Numbered from the stretch's first letter, positions 31,239 to 41,026 are shown. The stretch: DNA of 64,000 nt from a virus (IMGVR_UViG_3300028048_000040:32001-96000), one strand, 5' to 3'. The notes: generated from the sequence alone by a model not told the origin. A program made the numbers and translations.

Positions 31239-31574
31239 TCATTTATCATATATCTTAATCAAACCTATCTTTGTAACAACATAGTGAATGGCTTTTCTAG
31301 TTTCTAAATTCTTATTGGTTTCTATAGTAATCTTATTACCATTAACAGAAGCACAATAAATATATCTAGGATACTCTTGTTCTAGATATACATTAAAGTT
31401 TCCTTCATGATCTTTATACACTTCTACTTCTTTAGTAAAAGTAGTTTGAGATTTTACATCATATCTAGTTAAAGTTACATGTAAAGTATCTTCTTCTTCA
31501 ATCTTCTTAGATAGATAGATATAGAATACAGATATAATTCCTATAGCTAACATAAGTACTACTATCCCACTCAT
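31239..31574 (-). CDS. Small membrane-anchored hypothetical protein
   Basis: N-terminal TMD; 4-nt overlap with the upstream gene. Confidence 0.6.
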   Translation of the reverse strand: MSGIVVLMLAIGIISVFYIYLSKKIEEEDTLHVTLTRYDVKSQTTFTKEVEVYKDHEGNFNVYLEQEYPRYIYCASVNGNKITIETNKNLETRKAIHYVVTKIGLIKIYDK

Positions 31575-31975
31575 TCTATAACCTCCTCACAATAACCATC
31601 TTCAGTGGTATAAAATATCTTTTTGATTCCATATTTTTTTATCACCTCCATACAAGCATTGCAAGGTCTACAAGGAGCTAGTTTACCCCTCTTATCTTCT
31701 CTATACACATAAATACATGCTCCAGATAAGTTCTCTTTGTCTGCATTGATTATTGCCCTCATCTCAGCATGTAGGTAATGATGGTATTCAGGTTGACAGT
31801 TAAATCTAAGAGAGTTATATTTCTTTTGCATAGGATGAGATTTCTTAACATTGACTCCAGCTGATAAGATTTCTTTCTTATAGACTATAATACAACCAAT
31901 TCTGATTCTGTCAAATGTAGAAGTCTTAGATACTGCTTTAGCTATCTTAAAGTAATGAAAATCTCTCTTAACCAT
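31571..31975 (-). CDS. CMP/dCMP-type zinc deaminase
   Basis: LHAEMRAI and PCRPCNAC motifs; ATG at 31975 after GGGAGG. Confidence 0.85.
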   Translation of the reverse strand: MVKRDFHYFKIAKAVSKTSTFDRIRIGCIIVYKKEILSAGVNVKKSHPMQKKYNSLRFNCQPEYHHYLHAEMRAIINADKENLSGACIYVYREDKRGKLAPCRPCNACMEVIKKYGIKKIFYTTEDGYCEEVIE

Positions 31976-32056
31976 AATAATACCTCCCTTATAGAAAAGT
32001 ATCTTATGGTATAAAAAAATATCCAGGATCAATTAAGATCCTGGATATCCTTGTTG

Positions 32057-32227
32057 TTAAACATTGGATCTGAGAATTTCAATAACACGAGCATATTGAG
32101 CTTCATCAATTTCTTCACCCATCTGCTCTACCTGTTGAAGCATAGCTTGCAACTGTCTCTGCTTCTCAGCAGTAGACATTAGAAAACCTTCTTTAATTGT
32201 ACGAATGACTATATCTTTACTGATCAT
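32057..32227 (-). CDS. 56-aa helical protein below the ORF-track cutoff (MISKDIVIRTIKEG...ILRSNV)
   Basis: AAGGAGG SD, AACA-N6-TA at 32252-32263, hairpin terminator at about 32019-32048. Confidence 0.75.
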   Translation of the reverse strand: MISKDIVIRTIKEGFLMSTAEKQRQLQAMLQQVEQMGEEIDEAQYARVIEILRSNV

Positions 32228-32261
32228 TGTTAAATACCTCCTTAAGTATATTATTTAACTG

Positions 32262-32699
32262 TTAAAGATATTTAATCCGAGAACCATCATCAAGATGTTT
32301 GACATGAATAGAGTCAGGTTCTATCATGATCATACCAAGAGTATTAACTTTCTTATTCTCTTTAATAATATCATTAACATTCATCATCAGACTATATCCT
32401 ATCCAAGCTCCTATAACACAAGCAGCAATAAACAATACACCAAAACCAATCTTAGATTTATGAAAGATTATAAATTCTTTAGCCTGATTTAATCTATCTC
32501 TAAGAGTTAATTTTGTATTTGGATCATTAATAATACTAACTAAATGATTTCCAGAATCTTGTAATTGATGTATAATTCTATCTTCCTTTTCTGTATGAAA
32601 TTTAAACTGAATATTTTGATCTTTTATACAAACAAAGTAGAATACGGTGCTAAGAGCACCAAGAGCTATAGATAGAACTACAATCAAAATCATTTCCAT
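32262..32699 (-). CDS. Two-TM membrane protein
   Basis: Two hydrophobic helices; GGGG SD. Confidence 0.6.
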   Translation of the reverse strand: MEMILIVVLSIALGALSTVFYFVCIKDQNIQFKFHTEKEDRIIHQLQDSGNHLVSIINDPNTKLTLRDRLNQAKEFIIFHKSKIGFGVLFIAACVIGAWIGYSLMMNVNDIIKENKKVNTLGMIMIEPDSIHVKHLDDGSRIKYL

Positions 32700-32721
32700 T
32701 TTCTAAAAATCCCCTTTTGAA

Positions 32722-33267
32722 TTATTTACCAGTGGAACCTATACCACCAGTTCTTACCCCTTTTGCATTGTCATCTTCCATGATGAAATATTTCTGTATA
32801 ATCCCTTGACAGAATTTGCTACCAGCAGGAAGCTTTAAAGGAACACCAACTCTAAATGCTATGAGAATATGTCCTTCATTGTCACTATTGTTGTAGTAGT
32901 CAGCATCAATAATAGGTATAGTATTTGGCATACTAAATCTATATCCAAATCCAAGAGAAGATCTAGGATACAATGCTAAGAATACTTTACTAGATAACTT
33001 TACATCAATAGCATTACTAGCTTCTGGTCTAACAAGATCATCCATATTAGCCTTAATACCAGATGGAAGAACTATAGTCTGATTTGCAGGAACATCAATA
33101 TCAAATGGAAGTTTAAAATCATATCCAGCTGATTTTGATGTAGATCTTTCAGGTTTAGCGATATGCTTATAATTCAATTCATCTGTTCTTGGTAAATACT
33201 CTGTCCCCTCATAATTAAGAGTATTAAATTTCAACCAAGTTTCCAAACTAATTTTTTCAAATGCCAT
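32722..33267 (-). CDS. dut: Trimeric dUTPase
   Basis: All five motifs present: SAGYDF, PRSSLG, IIDADYYNN..NEGHI, CQGI, RTGGIGSTG; ATG at 33267 after GGAGG. Confidence 0.93.
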   Translation of the reverse strand: MAFEKISLETWLKFNTLNYEGTEYLPRTDELNYKHIAKPERSTSKSAGYDFKLPFDIDVPANQTIVLPSGIKANMDDLVRPEASNAIDVKLSSKVFLALYPRSSLGFGYRFSMPNTIPIIDADYYNNSDNEGHILIAFRVGVPLKLPAGSKFCQGIIQKYFIMEDDNAKGVRTGGIGSTGK

Positions 33268-33359
33268 GTTGTTTACCTCCAATTACAAATAATAGCTCTG
33301 AACACTACTAGAGTGTTCAGAGCAATGTATAAAGAGATGTTTAGTTATGAAATCAAGTT

Positions 33360-33434
33360 TGGCCCGCCTACCAAGAATCGAACTTGGATTAAAGGTTTAG
33401 AAGACCCTTGTACTATCCATTATACTATAGGCGG
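33360..33434 (-). tRNA. tRNA-Arg(UCU), 75 nt, CCA encoded
   Basis: Acceptor CCGCCTA/TAGGCGG, anticodon arm AGGGT-CT TCT AA-ACCTT, T arm CCAAG-TTCGATT-CTTGG, then G-CCA. Confidence 0.95.
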
Positions 33435-33478
33435 GAATCTTTTCTAGACTAATATATTGTTAGTGCGCTTGTAATTTA

Positions 33479-35080
33479 TTACTCAGTTATCTTAGAGTGA
33501 CACATGACAGCAAAGATGATAGTAAAAGTTCTAACCAATATATCTATTTCTGGCTCAAATCTTAAATGATAAGATTTCTGCTTAAATTCATATTGATGTT
33601 GAATTTGTTCTTTAATATCATCTAGTGCGAATAAACAATCTACGTTAAATTTATCTAATCCTAATGGTATCTTTGGATTATCATAACCCTCATTAGGATA
33701 GTAATATGGAATTTCACCTACCTCTGTTGGTCTGAATATTGATTCGGTTGCTAATTTAAGCATATCTTTTCTAGATATTCTCATACCAGCAGCACCTGGA
33801 TGCCCTTGACCTAATCCAAATGTTCCAAATACATTATTGATTCCCACATCCTTTATTAATTGATCTGATGTATAACCAGATACAGATAGTATAGCTGGTT
33901 TATTAGTATAACGTATAAGCAAAGTAATCTCATACTCATTATCAGTTTGGTAATGACTCTCTACAAATCTAGAACTATTACCAGTGCCATAGATAGCTCT
34001 AATATGTAATATCTTGCCATTCTCAAATTGAACAGAATACTTATATATATAATCAAACTTATACATCAGTTTCAGTTTCTTTTGGTTAAGATCCCATAGA
34101 ATCTTACCAGCTACTAGCATTCTAGTAATGTATTCAATTTGATATTCTTCCATAAAGGAATCTTTCCAGAATTTTGTAAATACATAGATAGTTTGATAGT
34201 CCCAGTAGAATTGATTCATATATACTGCATTTTGATATGTTTCTGGAAATCTTTCATCCATTTTCATATCATATACACTGACTAATGCTGCAATCTTATA
34301 TCCAGTAATATATTTAGTTTCCTTAACACGTTTTATATATGGATGTAACCATAGCAATGCTAATTGAGTGGCAGACATTCTGGTATCTAACACATAAGAG
34401 AAATCACTAGTAACAAAGTTGGTTTTCATTGACTTTATAAAGTCTCCAGATTCTAATTCATTTACAACTGGAATGGATCCAGCATGATGATCTATCCAAA
34501 CTACTTTGTTAAATGTACTTAACAACATAGTCATATATAGAATCTTTGGAGATAAATCAACTATGAATAGGACGAATTTCTTTTCTGGATTTCTAGCCTT
34601 TTCTACATTTACATCTAAGATTAGTTTATCAAGCACTTCATATTCATAATTGAATCTAGTGATCTTTACATTATCTCCATAGTGTAAAGAGTTGAATACT
34701 AAACTACCAGATGCATCTCCATCCATATCTGTATGGCATATCATATATACCATACACTCTTTAGCTCTTATAGCATTTATATCATTATCTAATAAGATGC
34801 CTTCTTTATTATAAGAATACTGAGCTATAAGATTAGAACTCTTTTTACTATCAAATATTCTTACAATATTAGAATTGGTAAGATTAGATTTTCTTCTGGA
34901 TACATAGGTTTCATCAAAGCCCATGTATCCAGAAAGTTTCTTAGGATACTTATCATTGTCTGAAATAACTAGATCATTTATAGAATTATAGAACAACTTA
35001 TTCTGCTCTTCAGATGAAAAGATAGCAAATCTTCCATCATCTAATTCAGACAATACTTGATCGACATCTATATCTATCAC
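33479..35080 (-). CDS. DHH/DHHA1-family phosphoesterase
   Basis: HTDMDG, IVDLS, WIDHH and GQGHPGAAG motifs. Confidence 0.85.
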   Translation of the reverse strand: MIDIDVDQVLSELDDGRFAIFSSEEQNKLFYNSINDLVISDNDKYPKKLSGYMGFDETYVSRRKSNLTNSNIVRIFDSKKSSNLIAQYSYNKEGILLDNDINAIRAKECMVYMICHTDMDGDASGSLVFNSLHYGDNVKITRFNYEYEVLDKLILDVNVEKARNPEKKFVLFIVDLSPKILYMTMLLSTFNKVVWIDHHAGSIPVVNELESGDFIKSMKTNFVTSDFSYVLDTRMSATQLALLWLHPYIKRVKETKYITGYKIAALVSVYDMKMDERFPETYQNAVYMNQFYWDYQTIYVFTKFWKDSFMEEYQIEYITRMLVAGKILWDLNQKKLKLMYKFDYIYKYSVQFENGKILHIRAIYGTGNSSRFVESHYQTDNEYEITLLIRYTNKPAILSVSGYTSDQLIKDVGINNVFGTFGLGQGHPGAAGMRISRKDMLKLATESIFRPTEVGEIPYYYPNEGYDNPKIPLGLDKFNVDCLFALDDIKEQIQHQYEFKQKSYHLRFEPEIDILVRTFTIIFAVMCHSKITE

Positions 35081-35415
35081 AGATAGTCACTCCTTCTTAA
35101 AGATTCATTCATTTTATTTGCCTCTTCTTGAGTTATTACTCCATTAGCTTCAAAATAGACTACTTGCTTTTTTGGACTTACTTTAGTGTATTTCTCTGCT
35201 TCAGACTTTATACCACTCATATCCACATTGGCACGAATAGGAACACTCTTAAATCTAGTATCCACACTAATAGAATTAGGAATGTTTAATAGCATTTGAG
35301 ATGCTGTTCTCTTCAACTCCTTTTCTGGATGAGTGCATAATCTTCCTATGGTATCAATAGTAGTACCAATTGCAGTCTGCTTGAATGCATCCCATAAGAT
35401 GTTTCCAAAATTCAT
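35077..35415 (-). CDS. Hypothetical protein
   Basis: AAGGAGG SD; early motif at 35447-35454. Confidence 0.7.
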   Translation of the reverse strand: MNFGNILWDAFKQTAIGTTIDTIGRLCTHPEKELKRTASQMLLNIPNSISVDTRFKSVPIRANVDMSGIKSEAEKYTKVSPKKQVVYFEANGVITQEEANKMNESLRRSDYL

Positions 35416-35501
35416 AATATCTCCTCCTTAAAATAGATACATAGTAATAGTATATCATTATTCAAAAATTTAAAGGAGTACCATTTCTGGTACTCCTGTT
35501 T

Positions 35502-36305
35502 TTAGAATTCATATTGTGATATGTCTACACCTTTTAACAAGCTATATTTATCATCATTGACTTTTCTCATCAGCTCTATTTCTTTAGCAATATCTTGAGT
35601 AGTATATCTCAATAGTTTTCTATGAGCTGGATCTAATGTAGATATACCTAATTCTCTTGGATTTAATTCACCTAACCCTTTTGCTCGTTCCATATTCTTT
35701 GGTTCAGCATTTCTTAATTCATGGGTAAGCTCATACAATCCAAGTTTCTTACCATTTACAAGATATCTTTTTTCAGAAGCATCTATATATGGAATAAGAG
35801 AAGTTACATCATTCATGAATTGCTCTGTTAATACTACAGATTGAATACCAGATTCTCCATTATCTGCTAAACCATTCAAGATAGTAACACCTTTCTTTTG
35901 AGATACATTAAGATATGGATATTTCTTATTGAAGTTCTGTTTCATCTTACTGAAACTCAAACCTCTAGAAATCAATACATCTTCTAATAAAACTGGATTG
36001 ATTGCTTTATTGTAAGCTATATGCTCCATAAGCTTATCATAGTCTTTGAATCTATTAACAAATGCATTGAATTCAGAATTGGTAAACTGTTTCTTGGTTC
36101 TCATATGGCATAATTTATGATTCTTTAAGAAATCTTTTCTTACAAAATCTATTACAGCATCCATATCTATGAAATATCTCCAATTCTTTGTACCCATGTC
36201 TACATGATACAATGGAGATAATGCTGTATATACTCTTCCAGCTTCTATAAGAGGACGACAATACAGAAGTAGAAATTTTAATATGAGAACCCTAATATGC
36301 GCACC
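35502..36305 (-). CDS. gyrB: DNA gyrase/topoisomerase II subunit B, exon 2 (267 aa)
   Basis: GAHIRVLILKF...PLIEAGRVY...PLY...RAKGLGELNP...TLDP continues the TOPRIM motif broken at the end of exon 1. Confidence 0.9.
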   Translation of the reverse strand, partial: GAHIRVLILKFLLLYCRPLIEAGRVYTALSPLYHVDMGTKNWRYFIDMDAVIDFVRKDFLKNHKLCHMRTKKQFTNSEFNAFVNRFKDYDKLMEHIAYNKAINPVLLEDVLISRGLSFSKMKQNFNKKYPYLNVSQKKGVTILNGLADNGESGIQSVVLTEQFMNDVTSLIPYIDASEKRYLVNGKKLGLYELTHELRNAEPKNMERAKGLGELNPRELGISTLDPAHRKLLRYTTQDIAKEIELMRKVNDDKYSLLKGVDISQYEF

Positions 36306-36668
36306 CGGCGCGCATAACACCCGATCATATCTTCACCCGTAAATCTACAATCTCCTTTCCGTTATTAGATATAACTATAGGTGGGACGCACTTCGATTTA
36401 AAGGTTTCCCTACCTTTATAAAAAGGCTCTACTCCCATTTCAGGGATGATCTGTGAACTTTAAGATAGGCTATTTTATTCCTCTATCTTCTTAGCTGCTG
36501 ATTATCTATTGTTGAAGCTTTTAGCATTATTTTTTAGCATGAGCCATCCTATAACTTGTTTCTGCTTTCGCAACCATTTAGGTATATAGGCATTAAGACG
36601 TCCCAGCAGTTCACGTCCTGATACTCTTAGGAGTTACCCCCTAAGACGACAGTGCTGTATTTAGCATA
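36306..36668 (-). mobile_element. Group I intron (IA-like), 363 nt, no homing endonuclease ORF
   Basis: P AACTGCTGGGA, Q AATCAGCAGC, R GTTCACAGATCA, S AAGATATGATC; P1 with U-G at the 5' site, P10, P2 GNRA loop, P3, P7; terminal G; removal restores DGDFD-GAHI in frame. Confidence 0.93.
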
Positions 36669-38231
36669 ATCGAAATCACCATCAACGGTGATAATTACTT
36701 TATCAAATGGACACTTACTGATATCAAAGTTTTTACCATAACCTGATCCTAATATAGATAAGATGCCTTTTACTTCTTCATTAGCTAAGAATTTATCTCT
36801 AGATGTGCTAAATGCATTAGGCATTTTACCACGTATAGCATATATAGCTTGATATTTGCAATCTCTTGCAGTTTCACATGGAGAAGATGCTGAAAGACCT
36901 TCAACTATAAATAGCTCTAAGTGATCTTTATTCTCTGCCTTTACATATCCCTTTGGCAACTTAGTAAAGTCTCCATTATTATACTTCTTAGCAACATTTG
37001 CTCTTTCTTTATCAGCTCTGCTTCTAGCAAGTGCTACATCTTTTAAGAATGCACATACTTTCTGAAGGTCATCTGGATTTTGTTTAGACCATTGTTTCAA
37101 TGCTTCTACTACTACATCATGCATGAATGGTTCTAAATCTTCATTCTTACATACATTCTTTGCTTGACCATCAAACATTACTTCCATATGACAAGCAGAT
37201 ACTGCTGCTACTAAACCTGTGGTAACATCTCCATTTGTTGCTTCTAGTTTAGATCTAGTAGTTGCTAGATATATCTTGTTCATATAGTTCTTAAAGAAGT
37301 CTTGTACTCCTCTCATGAATCCTTTAGATGGAGTAGATTCTAATGTATTTACTGGAGTCATATTAGCAAAAGTAATTACATTAGCACTAGCATTAATATC
37401 TTGAGTGAATATCATTGCTATATCTGCTTTCATTACTCCAGTATCTTGGAATATCATAATAGGTTTGATCATTGGTTTCTTAGTCATTCTCATAAGATAT
37501 GTAAGAGTACCATCCACATTAGTAAGCTCTTTATGGATAACTAATTCTTTTCCATTTGGTTTAGGCTTATGACCAATGAAGTCTATCTTAGCACCTTGTT
37601 TGAGTAATGGTACCAAGTTCTCTAAGAACATCAATACATCTTCACATCTTATGGTAATATTACCCATAATAGAGAAGTCTGGAACAAATCTTACTATGGT
37701 TCCATGATCTTGAGATTTATTTGGTCTCTTCTCAGGACCTTTCTTATATTTAGAAAGAGGTTTACCTTCAGAGAATTCGATAACACCTGTAACAAATCCA
37801 TCTTTCTTATTATAGGTATGAGATTCTACTTCAAATACAGATGATACTGCATTAGTACATTTAGCACCAACACCATGAAGACCTGATGGATAGTTTCCTT
37901 TTTCTTTAGTATAGTTAGTAGATGTATGCTCTCTAGAGAATATTCTAACCAAATCATCTACAGGACACCCTCGACCATTATCTCTTACTATACATCCTCT
38001 AGTTCTTTCATCATATTCAACCCATACTTCTGTAGCAAATCCTCTTTGGATTTCATCAGTACCATTTTGAATTACTTCTCGTATACCATTCATCCATCCT
38101 TCATTTCCTATAGAGGATAGATACTCACCTGGATTCTGTCTAACCGAATCTACAAACAATTCAATTGTTTTGATTCCCTTAGTATAGGAATCCATGTTAT
38201 TTAGAAATTCCTTTGATATCTCCTTTTTCAA
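36669..38231 (-). CDS. gyrB: DNA gyrase/topoisomerase II subunit B, exon 1 (521 aa; spliced product 788 aa)
   Basis: EVIQNGTDE, DNGRG, GLHGVG (GHKL); FDGQAK, ELFIVEGLSA, IRGK, VIITVDGDFD; TTG start with AAGGAG. Confidence 0.92.
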
Positions 38232-38383
38232 AACTATTCTCCTTTCTTTAGTCAGAATAACTGAGTCACCAAGATGTTTATCTCTGTTTTAAAATTTTAA
38301 AAAAGAATCACAGAGAGGAATAGATCCTCTCTGTGATAAATGCATGATTCAGATAATTGTTAATAACAGTTAAAGAGATTTAC

Positions 38384-39421
38384 TTAAGCTTTTGCAGGTT
38401 CCTGCAGATTCGGATTCTTCGGTGCTTCAGGCATCGGAGGAGTCTGAGTATTTGCTACAGAGGGACCAGGCATAGCTACATTCTGTACAGTCTGAGCCTG
38501 CTGAGGCTGCTGTACTACACTAGTGAAATCAGGCTGAACAGTCTGATTATTCTGTTCTACATAACCAATGGGATTAGTACCCATCTGAGCTACACCACCA
38601 AGACCATAGGTCTGACCAGCAGGAGCAGTATTAGCTACAGTCTGCTGATTGGGTTGAGGTACATACACACCATTCTGCTGTACAAACTGAGGCTGATTAA
38701 ACTGAGCCATAGCAGGAGCGGCAGGAGCATATACAGGCTGTTGGTTAGCTGCAAAATACGGATTTACACCACCAGTCTGAATACCATTGAACATATTGAA
38801 ATTACCACCCATGCCACCAAGCAGTGCACCAAGAGCACCAAAGGCATTGTCATTACCATACTGCTGATTCGGATTGAGCTGGTAATAATTGGAGGAATTC
38901 TCGAAATACTTCTTTGCAACCTTCCAGAGCTGAGGTACTTTACCAATAAGACCAGCAATGATATAGATCTCTTTGAGAGCCAGAGGCACATTGCCATAAT
39001 AAGTCTTGATGGACTGGAAGAGATCGAGGAAGTCTCCACAAATGCGTTCTACTTCTTCATCAGTCGTGTTAAGATCAAGCAGATTCCACTCTGCACCACA
39101 AATGTTGCACTTTACACGACCACTACCATCTTTTGTTTCTTCAATGGAATAATGACCTTGGGTATCTTTATGAGTGCAGATAGAACGAAGATATTCTTCG
39201 CGAGTTAACCGACCCTGGAAACCTACAGGCTGTTTCTGAAGTTCTGCAATCTGTTCTGCAGACAAGAACTGAACATTCTGAGATTCAGGAGTTACTACTT
39301 GTGCAGGTTGTACAACAGGATTCATCATGGGATTATAAATGGGATTATAACCACCCATAACTTGTGCCTGCTGAGCCTGCTGAACTACCGGGTTTTGAGC
39401 GACATTGTTGTTGTAAAACAT
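38384..39421 (-). CDS. Zn-finger-like protein (CTH...CxxC) flanked by Q/N/P/G/Y-rich low-complexity regions
   Basis: ATG at 39421 after GGAGG; early motif at 39496-39503; distinct, higher-GC codon usage. Confidence 0.8.
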   Translation of the reverse strand: MFYNNNVAQNPVVQQAQQAQVMGGYNPIYNPMMNPVVQPAQVVTPESQNVQFLSAEQIAELQKQPVGFQGRLTREEYLRSICTHKDTQGHYSIEETKDGSGRVKCNICGAEWNLLDLNTTDEEVERICGDFLDLFQSIKTYYGNVPLALKEIYIIAGLIGKVPQLWKVAKKYFENSSNYYQLNPNQQYGNDNAFGALGALLGGMGGNFNMFNGIQTGGVNPYFAANQQPVYAPAAPAMAQFNQPQFVQQNGVYVPQPNQQTVANTAPAGQTYGLGGVAQMGTNPIGYVEQNNQTVQPDFTSVVQQPQQAQTVQNVAMPGPSVANTQTPPMPEAPKNPNLQEPAKA

Positions 39422-39620
39422 AAAAAATACCTCCATATGATAATTGATTATTAATCTGGGTATTCGCTTACGCGAATATCCAGATCTTCACTATAATAGT
39501 ATATAACTGAAATTTCGAACCCTCTGCAAAATATGGATATTTTGTAGAGCTTCCTTTGGGTTCGAAATTCCAGTGACCTAAGTAGGTTACACCTTAGTCT
39601 AACCTGTTGTAAATTATAAT

Positions 39621-40184
39621 TTAGAATGCCATTGGATGAACAGTAGCATTATATTCATGAACATCCTGATAGTGTCTGGTTGCCGGATCCTTACGCTTAT
39701 CAGTCATAGTCATGTAAGATCTATTTCTTGCTTTTGGAATCTGAACTGCATTATCAGTATCAACATACAGAATCTTCTTGATAGCAGCTTTTTGAGTATC
39801 TGGCATACCAATAGCAGTAGCAAAATTATCATATGCTTCTTCTGTAAGCTGAACTCTGATATTCTGAATTTCTCCATAATCTACACAAATACATGTTCCT
39901 GCAATGGTTGGTTTATTACCAAATGACATTGCTGGAGATGCAGCATGAAAAGTAGACTCAGTATTATATACAAATGCATAGAATACTTCGTTACTATCAT
40001 CCCAGAAAACTGTAGGATTATTTGGATTATAAATAACATTCAGAGAGTTATCGCAGACTACATGAATCAAAGACTTAACTGTCTTTGTAGCATCTGCTGG
40101 ATCACAATTCTTATCCTTATTATAAAGGGTAAATGTAGCTTGCTCACATTTCTGTCTTAGCAATTGTACTGTAGCTTTTTCCAT
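39621..40184 (-). CDS. Hypothetical protein
   Basis: AAGGAGG precedes MEKATV (40184); AACA-N6-TA at 40228-40239. Confidence 0.7.
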   Translation of the reverse strand: MEKATVQLLRQKCEQATFTLYNKDKNCDPADATKTVKSLIHVVCDNSLNVIYNPNNPTVFWDDSNEVFYAFVYNTESTFHAASPAMSFGNKPTIAGTCICVDYGEIQNIRVQLTEEAYDNFATAIGMPDTQKAAIKKILYVDTDNAVQIPKARNRSYMTMTDKRKDPATRHYQDVHEYNATVHPMAF

Positions 40185-40261
40185 AAGATTTAAATCCTCC
40201 TTAAGAATGAGAGTATTCATAAATGATTATTAAACTGTTTATGAGATACTCTCTTATTCTA

Positions 40262-40801
40262 TTAAAGGATTAAATTCTTTGCACCCTTCATAAATGGATT
40301 TCCATTAAGCTGAATAGATATAGTGACTAAGAACTGAGGGTTGCACATTTCAGGATGTATAAATCCATCAGGACCCATACCAGAATCTCTATATTTTACT
40401 ATACCTTCCATTATAGTAGAATATGCTATATACTTAAGCTCAGCTTTTTGCATAACAGCACCAAATACAGGATTGGCTAATATAGGTCTAGTATCAGGAT
40501 CTTGTGGTCTATTGGCAGCAAATCTTAATGCATCTCTACATGCTAAAGTTTCCAATACTTTATTTTGAAGATCATTTATAGCTTCTTGAACTATTCTAGG
40601 ATCTCCTATAAAGTATTGATAATATTTATTCTGCTGAAGATTACCAAATGCTAAATCTAAGTATAATACTTTCAACTTAGCTTGTATATCAGCAGTAGAT
40701 GCTTTAGCAGTACATGTAGGACCATTAGCATTTAGAAAATGCTCAAAGAATTTACTAGGCCTAAGTTTCTTGTTTAATGTAGAAGCTTTTAGTGCTCTCA
40801 T
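40262..40801 (-). CDS. Hypothetical protein
   Basis: AAGGAGG SD. Confidence 0.7.
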   Translation of the reverse strand: MRALKASTLNKKLRPSKFFEHFLNANGPTCTAKASTADIQAKLKVLYLDLAFGNLQQNKYYQYFIGDPRIVQEAINDLQNKVLETLACRDALRFAANRPQDPDTRPILANPVFGAVMQKAELKYIAYSTIMEGIVKYRDSGMGPDGFIHPEMCNPQFLVTISIQLNGNPFMKGAKNLIL

Positions 40802-40813
40802 TCTTATTCCTCC

Positions 40814-41026
40814 TTATGGCATACATTTAGCCATTTCTAGAGCTTGCAATTCATCTTGATATTCTTTCTCAAACTGATTCATCTTGGAAATATTCTGGAC
40901 AAATGTTACAACTCCTTCTGGAGAATTATAGAAATCATTATTATTCATCATCAGGGATTTCATTTGATCTCCATATTTAGCAGCAATATTAATTTTTCTA
41001 TCATAGTATTCTTTGTACGTCATCAT
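40814..41026 (-). CDS. Hypothetical protein
   Basis: Operon-like spacing; GGGG SD. Confidence 0.6.
   Translation of the reverse strand: MMTYKEYYDRKINIAAKYGDQMKSLMMNNNDFYNSPEGVVTFVQNISKMNQFEKEYQDELQALEMAKCMP

Noticed and set aside
36306-36668. Naturally split gyrB, translational bypass (T4 gene 60 style), frameshift or intein
   Set aside because: The gap has a complete group I core, correct U/G boundaries and stop codons; exon 2 has no SD.
36306-36668. Intron-encoded homing endonuclease
   Set aside because: Only 363 nt, almost all core structure. Trans-homing by the HNH-like gene at 2184-2966 has no support here.
38357-39208. 283-aa plus-strand ORF
   Set aside because: Antisense shadow of the codon-biased 38384-39421 gene; no SD and implausible composition.
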